From NCBI GenBank assembly GCA_965223905.1, contig CBDCXV010000010.1, positions 960,001 to 1,024,000 of the forward strand: a stretch of 64,000 nucleotides of DNA, read 5' to 3'. The notes under the pieces are model-generated. The model searched no databases, had not been told where the DNA came from, and saw nothing but the letters and a program-made list of their open reading frames with translations. The translations under genes were made by a program, and so were the position numbers. Shown piece by piece: positions 38,026 to 47,648 of the stretch (the stretch's first letter is position 1; each line of letters starts with the position of its first letter). Origin of the DNA: Candidatus Latescibacterota bacterium. GTDB taxonomy: Bacteria > Latescibacterota > UBA2968 > UBA8231.

Positions 38026-39704
38026 TTACCCGAGACGGTCGGCGTAGAGCACGACCTCCTCTTCGTATTTTTCGCGCAGTCCCTTTATGAGTTCGCTGAT
38101 GAGCTCGGTCTCGCGCCGCTGCCGCAGCATCCCTGCGGCCCGCCTGCGGACCTGCTCGAACGGCTGAAGTTCCCCTCCCTCGCGCCTGAGCAGGCGAAAG
38201 ACGGCGTATCCATCATAGCTCTTGATCGGACCGATGAGCTCGCCCTCTTGCGCCTCGAATGCGGCCTCTACGAGCTGCGGATGACGGGCGCGCAGGAGGC
38301 GTATCACCTGCATCTCTCCGGTCTCGTGGTCTCCGTGAGTCCTGACGCCGTCGCGGCGCAGGAGCTCCGGGATGTCGACGCCCCGCTCGATCTCTGAGCG
38401 CAACCCCTCGGCCTCTCCTTCGCTGCCGGCCACGACCTCGCGAATATACACCTTTTCCTGGCTCACGAAACGGTGCTTGTTCGCGAGATAGTACTCCCGG
38501 ACCTCTTCCTCGGAGGGACTGGTATGTCCGGCAGTCTCCATTTTCGTGAGATTCGTGAGAATGACCTGCGTCCTCTTGAGCTCGTACCACTCGGTGAACG
38601 CGGGTTCCCGGTCCCATCCCCTCTCCTTGGCGGCCAGGGAAAATACGAGTGGATGGAGGAGTAAGCTCTCGGCAGTCTCCACGAGATAGGCGCTGTCTGT
38701 GAACGCTATCCCTCCGAGCCCCTCGTCGTGCAGGTTCGCCACCAGATCGCCCACTGTGGTTTCGCCGCCGGCGAGACTGTACACCATCCGGTCGGCATCA
38801 TCAGCCGACAGCTCGAGCTCGCGAAGCGGACCGGTCTGGGTCAACAACACCCCTAGCCCCTCTTCGTGCAAACGCAGGTCATACCGGTGGCTCAGCAGTT
38901 CGAATTCCTCGACCACCGCTGCATGCCCCTTCTCCTGTCCGAGCAACCGCCGGATGTCCTTTTCGTATCTCTCCAGCTCGGCGGCCCGGCTGTCGAGGAA
39001 GCGATATACCTGCCAGGCACCTGGGTGCCGTACAGGCTCTGCCCGTTCACCATCTGCGAGTGAGAGGAAAACCCACTTCGGTATCTGGAAGTTCCTCTGG
39101 GCCGCAGGAAGCCCGATCCATCCCACGAGGCCGGATTTGTCGGCAAACAGGTCGTTGTCATCGTAGTGCTCGGCGATCGCCTCGAATGCGTCCCCCTCGT
39201 CGAGCCGTCGCAAAACATCATCGAGCTCGTCACGTCGACGGACCACGATGCGACTGAACAGTCGCTCGCGGTTGAATCCTTTCTCTATGAAGGCGCGCTC
39301 GACCTCTTGCTGAGTAGCCTGCGTTCGGGGCGCGATCATTTCGTCGCGGTAGCGGCCCGTCAGACGCTCCCTGACCAACCTCTCGAGCTTCCGCCTCACG
39401 GTGGAGCTGGTGTCCACCCCCCGGGCCCGTGCCTCCAACAGCATCAACTCCTGGTCCACCGCGGACCGCAGGTGCTCCAGGTCGGCCTCCCGTCCCTCCT
39501 TGCCACTGAGAAGTCCGGAAGGCAATCGATCAACGAAACGCTTGAACTCCGATGCCGTGATGGCGGCGTCTCCGACCTTCGCCACGATTTGCTCTCGGGG
39601 CTCGCATCCGGACGACACCAAGAGACCTGCCGCTAGACACAGTAGGAGCGTATTCAAAAGGGAGGAATTTGAACGCAATGCGAGGAATTTGAACGCAATG
39701 CCAT
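38026..39704 (-). CDS. SurA/PrsA-like parvulin-domain lipoprotein chaperone; native ATG put out of frame by a 20-bp duplication
   Basis: Lipobox-like LLVSSG-C, VAKVGDAAIT, two parvulin-like domains (FEAIAEHY..GLVGWI; AAFEAQEGELIGPIKSYDGYAVF). ATG 39704 is out of frame; an in-frame TTG lies at 39678. Confidence 0.8.
39662..39701. repeat. Perfect 20-bp tandem duplication
   Basis: gaggaatttgaacgcaatgc at 39662-39681 and 39682-39701. Confidence 0.95.
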
Positions 39705-39712
39705 GAGTGGGA

Positions 39713-40199
39713 GAGGTATTGTCAAATGTTGTGGATGAGGTGGATTCATTCCCAGGCTGACGGGGCCGCGGAAAGGGAGCGTCGGTAACCTTGGGATCAT
39801 TCAGGCCGCCTCTTTGAGGATCCGCTCTCCCTCGCTGAAGGTTTCCCCCTGCAGCAAGTGGGTGGTCAGCGGATAGCCGATGAGACGGCGCCAGTGTTTC
39901 TCCGTCTCGGTAGCCAGCTTGAAGACCATCGTCAGGGTCGTGATTCGGGATCCACAACCCTTGGTCTGACTAGTGCGGTGGCGCACCGGGGCAAAAAGGC
40001 CGACTCGATCGGGTTGGTAGTGCACAGGTGCCGCCACTGGGCGGCCGGGAAGTCGTAAAACGTGAACAACACCTCCTCGTCCTTCTCCCCCTCCAGGGGG
40101 TTGTTGGGTTATGGGTTACCTGAGGATACGCTCCTTTCCTTTGTATCGTCTACCCGGAATTCTTCGACCTCGCGATCCACAACTTTCTAAAATAGCTCC
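39713..40199 (-). mobile_element. Internally deleted IS256-family element
   Basis: Imperfect IRs gaggtattgtcaaatgttgtggat and gagctattttagaaagttgtggat; flanking agtggga at 39706-39712 and 40201-40207. Only the transposase C terminus remains (FYDFPAAQWRHL.TTNPIES..VRHRT..TKGCGS). Confidence 0.82.
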
Positions 40200-40290
40200 A
40201 AGTGGGAACAGCTTGCGGTCCAGCGACACCATCTATCCCACGCGCTGCAGAGATCCTGCAATATAATGTATACAATATATAGCCATATAG

Positions 40291-42968
40291 CCTGAATTAT
40301 TCATAAAATAAGGTGTACCCCGTCAACTGGGGCAGAAAATGGGGTGAAAAAAGGTACATTTCTCATGTTTCCTGGATCGGGGTTGTTCCCCGTACCGAAG
40401 TACCGGTACGGGCGGGAGGATCGTCCTTCTCCAGAGTGGCCTTTTTGGCCTGACTGAGAAGGCGAGTACGAGCATGGATGTGCGACCCCATCAGGCCGAC
40501 CGGTAGACTTGGGCCGGCGTGGCATACCCCAACCCCAGGTGAAAGCGGGCCTGGGTATAAAACTCGAAATAACGATCCACCTCATGCCGGATTTCGGTAA
40601 CCCTCTCGTAGCTTTCAATTCATTTGGGTGTAGCCTCCATCCAATCCGTTTGGAGGTGAAAGATTGAGACTGGTTTCGTGTCAAACTACGCAGGGCGAAA
40701 AAGCGCTGACTTCGCATTCGGGGTTGGCCTTGATCGGCGCCTTGATGGGACGCACGCGCTTGGCAGCGCGGGTTGGTGAAATCACCTTGCCGGAGGGACC
40801 CCAGCCCGACATCCCTCACGGCGACGTGATGACGTCGATGATCGGCTTGCTGGCGCTGGGCAAGCCGGATTTCGAAGCGGCGGAAGCGTTTCGCACCGAT
40901 CCCTTCTTCGCCCGGGCGCTGGGCCTGAATGCGGTGCCGTCGGCGGCCACCCTGCCGGCAGCGGCTCGAATGGCTTGGCCGGACAGGTGGAAAGCGCGAT
41001 TCGAGAGGAGTCGGCCGACCTGGTGGCCCGTCGCGCACGGCCGATCACGCCCTGTTACGAAGTCGCCGACGGGCGCTACGGTCCCTGGATGGCGCTCGAT
41101 ATCGACGTGTCGGTGTTCGACAATTCGGACACCCAGAAACAAGGGGTGTCGTGGACCTACAAGAAGGTCGGCGGCTTTGCCCCGATCTTCGCCTACCTGG
41201 GTCAGGAAGTGTATCTGCTCAACGGCCAGTTGCGCGAAGGCAGCCGGCATTCCCAGGAAGGGACCCCGGACTTTATTCGAGACACGCTGCGGCTGGCGCG
41301 CATGGACAGCGTTCATGACGACATCGCCACCGTACGGCGGTTGCGCCGCACGCCCAAGACCGACTTTATCGTCGAGCGCAACCTGCGCATCGAATCGAAG
41401 CAGACCTGGCTCGAGGAGGCCCTCGAAGAGCGCGGGCAGCGACCCGACGAGCTGGTCGCCGACACCGCCTTCGGCTCCGGCGACAATGCCATCAACGCCG
41501 AACGCCTGGGCACCGAGTTGGTCAGCCCGGTCAAAGGCCCCCAGGTCGACGTCGAGGAGCGGCCCGATACGGTGACCGAGGCCGACTTCCTCGTCGATGC
41601 CCGTCTCCGGGATCCGGCCATCTGCCCGGCCGGATACTTGGCCCGGGAGCAGACGCCGTGTGAAGGCAGGTCCCATCATGTGGCCCTGACCTTCGAGCGC
41701 GCCGGCTGTGAGAGCTGCGCCCTGCTTGCGGTTTGTCCGGTGCGGTTGAACCAGGACGGGGACGGCTACGCCGTGACCGTGGACCTGAAAGCCGTCAACC
41801 TCGAACGCCGCCGCCGCGCCATGGCCAGCGGCGCCTTCCGGGAGCGCTATCGTATTCGCGCCGGCATCGAGGCCACGGTTTCGGAGCTGAAACGAAGACA
41901 CGGGCTGGGCGCCCTGCGCGTGCGCGGGCGTTGGCGCGTGGAGTTGGCCGTCTACCTGAAAGCGCTGGCCTGCAATATCAAGAGAATGGTGCGGGCGCTT
42001 GCGCCCAAATCCGGAGCCTGGAACCCGGCAAGGGGCTGAAAAGGGGCGGGGGACGCATTCGGCGCCGAAAAAAGGCCCTGCAAGCCCCGATTCGGGCTAA
42101 CGCGCCGATAGAGCGCTGAGGCCGCTTCAACGCAGCGCATCCCCGATTCTTTTCATAGTGGTGAAACTTAAGTTTCAAGCAAAATCTCTGTCTGTGAAAG
42201 CGGGGTTTTTACGGGGGAGTCAAGGAAATCTTCACCGGCTCGCGGGTAGAGGAACGAAAGGAAGTCTTCGAACGGATCGTTTCCGAGGTCGTGCTGCGCA
42301 GGATCAGCGCCGAGGGGCAGGCGCTGCGTGATCCCCGAGATCGAGTACGGACCTGGTGGACGAACCTGGGCAGCGCCCCCCGAGGACGTGATCCGCCTCT
42401 ACCGCGAGCACAGCACCTGCGAGAAATTCCACTCCGAGTTGAAGACGGACATGGATCTGGAACGCCTGCCCTCGGTCAAGTTCGCCACCAATGCCCCGGT
42501 GCTGCTGCTGGGCATGATGGCCTACAACGGCCTGCGCCTGTGCGACCAGGCGAGCCTGCCCCAAGAGCGCCATCTGCCCCCCCGAAATGGTGGCTCTTCG
42601 TAAAAGGCCGGCCGTCCGCCGTCTCCGCACCGTCATTCTGGATCTCATGTACCAAGTCGCCCGCTGGGTCCGCCATGAGCGCGGTTTCGGGCTGAGCTTC
42701 GGGTATTTCAACCCCTGGTTCGATGTCTGGAGGCGGACCTACCTTTGGGTGTGTGCATATGAAGGGAGCGATCTCACCGGCGCCCTCGAATTTCGTGCCT
42801 GCGTAGGGATCGGTATGCCTGCTGTGACAATTCCTGCCAACCTGAAGAGGGCGGAAGTTTCAACGGTGACGGCCTCTTGGAAACGCCCCGAATCATGGGT
42901 TGACAAATACAGGATTAGCATAAATATCAAACTTGACCATTTGCTATAGGAACGTTAACGGACTCAGG
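40291..42968 (+). mobile_element. Degenerate IS1380-family element containing an IS1182-like fragment
   Basis: Ends cctgaatt and actcagg; LTSHSGLALIG, LDIDVSVFDNS..KQGVSWTYK, YREHSTCEKFHSELKTDMDLERLPS; multiple frameshifts. Confidence 0.8.
41425..42221 (+). mobile_element. 3' fragment of an IS1182/IS5-like transposase with its right end
   Basis: LVADTAFGSGDN, ICPAG, CESCALLAVCP, YRIRAGIEATVSELKR..LRVRG; end ...acgggggagtc, after which IS1380 sequence resumes. Confidence 0.72.
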
Positions 42969-42974
42969 CGTTAA

Positions 42975-43901
42975 GTCACCCTGCAGTTGTAGTTTGAGCA
43001 TATAAAGAAATACCCTGCAGGTTTTCGGGTTCGTTGGTATCTTGGGATTGGTTGTGTGTTGCAGATTTCTCTAGATTCTGGCGACCCCATGAAAAGAAAC
43101 CCATCAGGCTCCGATATCCGACAGCGACTTGCGCAAGCGCATTGTCCAGCTTGAGCAGATCGTGGAACAACAGGAGGCGCGCATCGTCGAGCTGAACCAG
43201 GAATTTGCCCGCCGCAAGGGAGAGCAAGCGCAACATCCAGGCGCTGTTTTCCCACGCCTTCGGCCTCGAGGTGTCGCTGGTGCCGTAAGCCGACTGGAAC
43301 AGGAGGTGGCCGCGGCCCTGGCGGGTCCGGGCGAGGAGGCGCGCGCCTTCGTTCGCCGACGGGCCCATAGTCAACGTCGACAAGACCGCTGTCGGCAGCG
43401 CCGCGCCAGGGCCTGTTTGTGGACCGCGGTGACGGAGGGCCTCTCGGTGTTCGCCATTCGAAAAATCCGGGGACGGGGTCGATGAGGTGCTGGGTGCGGA
43501 TAACCGGGCGGTGGTCGGCTCCGATCACTATTCGGCCTACGGGCATCTGCCGCTTCGACGCCGGCAAGTGTGCTGGGCTCATCTGGGGCGCACCTTCCAG
43601 GTCTACGTCAGCGGCTTGCGTTGGCGGTTTCATAATTACTTGGGGAATGGGCATCAGTTCGACGACGCCCGCACGGTGGCCACCTGCGCTAACCTCCTCG
43701 ACCTCGGGCCGGCCTTGCGGACCTTCGTGCGCAGAGAAGGCGTCGAGCCGACCAACAACGACCCCGAACGAGCCCTTCGTCATCGGGTGTTGTGGCGTCA
43801 CACCAAGCTTCGGCACCCACAGTGCCCAAGGCAGGCGCTTCCTAGAGCGCTGCTCACGGTGCGCGATACCCTGCGCCAGCAACAGCGGAACTTCCTCACC
43901 T
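42975..43901 (+). mobile_element. IS66-family element, left part (degenerate tnpC)
   Basis: Left IR gtcaccctgcagtt; VNVDKT, SDHYSAY, RQVCWAHL, VEPTNNDPERALR; cut by IS4 at 43902. Confidence 0.8.
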
Positions 43902-44082
43902 CAGTAGTGTCCCGTTGTTGTCTGAAGATTTTTCCGTAAAGCATTAATTTCGTTGATGTTACAGCATTTTGTGAGTTGAATCGACCTGAAATCGTCTCGT
44001 TATTTGGGCCCTCCCCTTGCCCGCCTTTCGACAATGCGTTCAGCGGTACCGGGGCCATTACAAGGTGCAACGGTTCTCCTGT
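43902..44082 (+). mobile_element. IS4-family element, left end and transposase N-terminal remnant
   Basis: IR cagtagtgtcccgt; FRQCVQRYRGHYKVQRFSC (DUF4372-type N terminus); preceded by the target duplication tcctcacct. Confidence 0.8.
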
Positions 44083-44396
44083 ACAGAATAGTCCGGCAAC
44101 ATGGTGTACAGTTTCCGGCGAGCGGCTTTACCCAAAGCGTCGGTGATGGTGAGCTGTCGTTCGTCCATGCGACCCCGTCTAAGGGGACCGAACCACACCT
44201 CCCAGACTCCGTCGTCAATGGGTTCCAAGCCGATGGGTTGTTGACGCAAGGCGTTACTGACGGCTACTCGATGGGTCTTCCATCGGATGCCTCCGTTAGT
44301 ACTGACCCGCCGAACTTCCCAGTGCGCAGGGTAGTTGGAGTTGACCCGATTTCGTGGACACTTCATTTCTTGGAGAAAGAAAGGAGATGTCCGACC

Positions 44397-44711
44397 ATGC
44401 CCAAATCACATGGCCCGTATCCGCCGGAATTCCGACAACAGATGGTGGAGCTCGTACGGGCGGGTCGTAGCCCGGAGGCGCTGGCCAAGGAATTCGAGCC
44501 GTCCGGGCAGACGATCCGCAACTGGGTGATCCAGGCCGAACGCGATGAGGGGGTGCGCCGCGACGGGCCGAGCCGCCCGGAGCAGGAGGAGCTGCGGCGG
44601 CTCCGCCGTGAGAACAAGCAACTGCGTATCGAACGGGGGATCCTGGCAAAAGCCACGGCCTGGTTCGCTCGCGAGGCCGAGTCGGGGTCCGGCCCGTCTA
44701 CGAGTTCATGA
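44397..44711 (+). CDS. IS3 OrfA
   Basis: YPPEFRQQMVELV, TIRNWV, ELRRLRRENKQLRIER..LAKA; ATGA overlap with OrfB. Confidence 0.9.
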   Translation: MPKSHGPYPPEFRQQMVELVRAGRSPEALAKEFEPSGQTIRNWVIQAERDEGVRRDGPSRPEQEELRRLRRENKQLRIERGILAKATAWFAREAESGSGPSTSS

Positions 44712-45592
44712 GAGCGCACCAGGCCGACTTTCCGGTGTTCACGATGTGCCGCGTGCTGAAGGTGTCCCCCAGCGGCTACTACGCCTGGTTGAAGCGCCCG
44801 CCGTCGGGTCGCACTCGGGCCGATGCGGTGCTCAAGGCGCGCGTCGAGCAGATCCACCAACGCTCCCGAGGCACTTACGGGGCGCCGAGGATCCGGGCCG
44901 AACTGGCCGAGGAGGGGCGCGGCGTCAGTCGCAAGCGCATCGCCCGATTGATGCTCGAGCTCGGCGTGCGTGGGGTATGCGGGCGGCGCCGGATCTCCAC
45001 GACCCGCCGCAGCCGGCAGGGCCGGGTCGCCTCCGACCTGGTCAACCGGGTGTTTTCGGCCTCGGGCCCGAATCTGCTGTGGGTTGCCGACATCACCTAC
45101 CTGCCCACCGCTTCGGGTTTTTTGTATCTGAGCGTGGTGGTCGACGCCTGGAGCCGCCGGGTGGTGGGCTGGGCCATGGCGAGCCATCTGCGTACGCAGC
45201 TGGTGCTCGACGCCCTTGACATGGCCCTGTACCGGCGTCGCCCCCACTCGGTAATCCACCACTCCGATCACGGCAGTCAGTATACGGCCCTGGCCTTCGG
45301 GCAACGCTGTCGCCAGGCCGGGGTGCGCCCGTCGATGGGATCGGTCGGTGACTGCTACGACAATGCCCTGTGCGAAAGCTTTTTCGCCACGCTGGAAAGG
45401 GAGTTGTTGGATCGTCATCGGTTTGCTACTCATGCCGAGGCCCGGCTAGCTGTTTTCGAGTACCTGGAAGGCGGGTACAATCGCCAGCGGCGGCATTCCG
45501 CCCTGGGACAACGGTCTCCCGTCAACTACGAGAGATATCACCAATCAGAGAGTGTAGATCCAAACGCAAAACTGTCCGTGAAATCGGGGTAA
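44708..45592 (+). CDS. IS3 OrfB DDE transposase
   Basis: MCRVLKVSPSGYY, YGAPRI, WVADITY, HHSDHGSQY, DNALCESFF. Confidence 0.92.
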   Translation: MRAHQADFPVFTMCRVLKVSPSGYYAWLKRPPSGRTRADAVLKARVEQIHQRSRGTYGAPRIRAELAEEGRGVSRKRIARLMLELGVRGVCGRRRISTTRRSRQGRVASDLVNRVFSASGPNLLWVADITYLPTASGFLYLSVVVDAWSRRVVGWAMASHLRTQLVLDALDMALYRRRPHSVIHHSDHGSQYTALAFGQRCRQAGVRPSMGSVGDCYDNALCESFFATLERELLDRHRFATHAEARLAVFEYLEGGYNRQRRHSALGQRSPVNYERYHQSESVDPNAKLSVKSG

Positions 45593-47074
45593 GCCCAAGT
45601 GTAGGGGCGGCAGCTTTCTGGGAAAAGGACGTGGCGAAGGCTGGTAGAACTCGACCGGAGGTCTTTGTCCCAAGGCCTCGTGGGGTCGTTCCTGGTTGTA
45701 TTCGTGACGGAAGCGGGTAAAGCGGTATTGCTGTCCGAAGCGGGACGCGGCGGGGGGAATCGTCGCCTCCCGCTTGAGCGTGCCATGCATGCGTTCGTGG
45801 CGCCCATTCTGCTGCGGGCAGCCGGGCTGGATGCGCTCGGGCAAGATGCCGAGCCGGATCCACCAGACCGACAGTTGGGAGAGCCGTCCCAGCGCCTGGG
45901 AGGAGGCGAAGGGGGCGCCGTTGTCGGTGCGGAGGATGCGGGGCAGGCCGTAGGTGCGGAAGAGCCGGTGGAAGACCGGCCGGCTCAGTTGCCCCTGGGG
46001 CGCGTCGAGGGCTTGGCACCCCAGCAGGAAGCGGCTGTAGCCGTCGCGACGGTCAGCGGGTAGCAGTAGCGGCCATCCAGGGTCTTGAACTGCCCCTTGA
46101 AGTCGGCGGTCCAGACGTGATTGGGCGCGCTCAGGGGGGTCTGGGGTGGCCCCGCAGAGCCCGGCCGGCGCCGCGTCCGCGGCGTCGGCACCAGGCCATG
46201 GCGTTTGAGGATGTCGCAGACGGTGTGCGTGCCGGCCAGGGGCGATGCGGCTGCGATCGCCAGAGGAGAGCCAGCAGCTTCTTGGCCCCCCACGTCGGGT
46301 GTGTGCGGCGCGCCCGAGAATCGCCTCTACGAGGTCGGAAGACGTAGCGTGCGGGCAACGGACCGGTCTACGCGACTGCGCCATCAAGCCGGCAGCGCCT
46401 GTGTCGACATACCGCTGCACCCACTTGTAGCCGGTGGGACGGCTGATGCCGTAGCGACGGCACAGCTCGGAAAAGGGGAAGTAGTCCTCGAGGTAATCGG
46501 CGATGAAATGCATTCGTTGGTCCATGGCTGAGGTTTCGTTCCAGGGCATGTGAGCACCTCCTTGAGGTGCCCAAAGGTGGGCGAAACTGTAAACCATGTA
46601 CCTGGACTGATCTGTAAAACCATGTACCTGGACCGTACCCTCGCTGAGCGAATCGGCCTAAGGAGCAGCAGATACAGCGTTACGAGGCCACCGACAACGC
46701 TTCGGCCAGTCTGTCCCGGATCAGAGAGGTCGATAGTGGGTTGAGCGCGGAGACCGTCCAGCAGGACAAGGATTAGAGTGTCAGGGCCCTGCCGACCCAC
46801 CTCGAGGCCGTGCAAACGGTGATCCGCGACGCAAGGCTCTAAAATGTACAGGGCCCAGAAATTGGGAAAGCTCGATCTGGGACCCAAGCGACCTCAGCAC
46901 GCTATTCCGCCCTTACCTGGGAGGTGCCACTAGGAGGCAAACGCAGGCGGTCATCGCGGACACTGTGTTGTTTTTTCGATTAGGTTAGTTAGGATACAAT
47001 CGCATGTTTTCCTCAGATCAAGGACATTTCCGCGATATGGAAATGCATGCATCAAGGCAGGAAGGAATGTGTGG

Positions 47075-47520
47075 AGGAGCATTGGCTTCGTTCATTTATC
47101 GGACATTCACTTCGGGCAAGAAAGGGGCGGAAGGATCCGAATCCACCAGGACGTCAAGGACCGTCTTATCGAGGAGTGAGATGAGTTGTAAAAACTTTGG
47201 AGTCCGGCCATTCCGCAGGCATCATTTTTACAGGTGACATCGCATTTGGAGGACGTGAATGCGAATCCAGGGCAGCGGCTGATTGGCTCGACAAGGTTGC
47301 AGACGCAGCCGGTTGTTCTATACAGTACTCTTCTCGAATTCGATCTGGCGCGGGTGATCTGTCGTCAGGAGGAAGATCCGCTCGCAGTCCCTGGCAGCAT
47401 CGGCGGGCGAAGCAGGCTGCGAAAAGTCGCCCACAACGAGTTCAGATCGAGGTCGGTGAACAGGCGGCGCGCACGTTCGACATTGCGAACCATCACCCGA
47501 ACGGGGAAACGGCCACGGCG
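47075..47520 (+). pseudogene. Calcineurin-like metallophosphoesterase remnant
   Basis: SDIHFGQE, IIFTGDIAF and a VPG remnant spread over several frames. Confidence 0.6.
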
Positions 47521-47648
47521 GTCAGCGAGAATGGAAGCAGGTAGCGGCCCCCAGTGCCTGTGGCGTCGGTGACAAGTACGGTTGCACTCATTTATCACAA
47601 GATAGCGGCCTCGGCGTGGTCAACTCACACCGGCTGGCCCGATGACAC

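Larger units (their letters stand above)
44336..45597 (+). mobile_element. IS3-family element (apparently intact)
   Basis: TG...CA ends with IRs (tggagttgacccgatttc / gaaatcggggtaagccca) and a 3-bp target duplication agt (44333-44335, 45598-45600). Confidence 0.93.
44077..46639 (-). mobile_element. IS481-family element, copy 1 (interrupted by IS3)
   Basis: MPWNETS..GISRPTGYKW, WTADFKG, RTDNGAPF, NGRHERMHGTLK; repeated tgtaaa(a)ccatgtacctggac end motifs; near-identical to 53063-54328. Confidence 0.9.

Noticed and set aside
39705-39957. N-terminal extension of the parvulin ORF (643-aa call)
   Set aside because: The extension is IS256 remnant sequence read through by chance.
40490-40560. Hairpin cccaggtgaaagcgggcctggg as a structured ncRNA
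   Set aside because: Single short stem inside the IS1380 leader; no recognisable RNA family.
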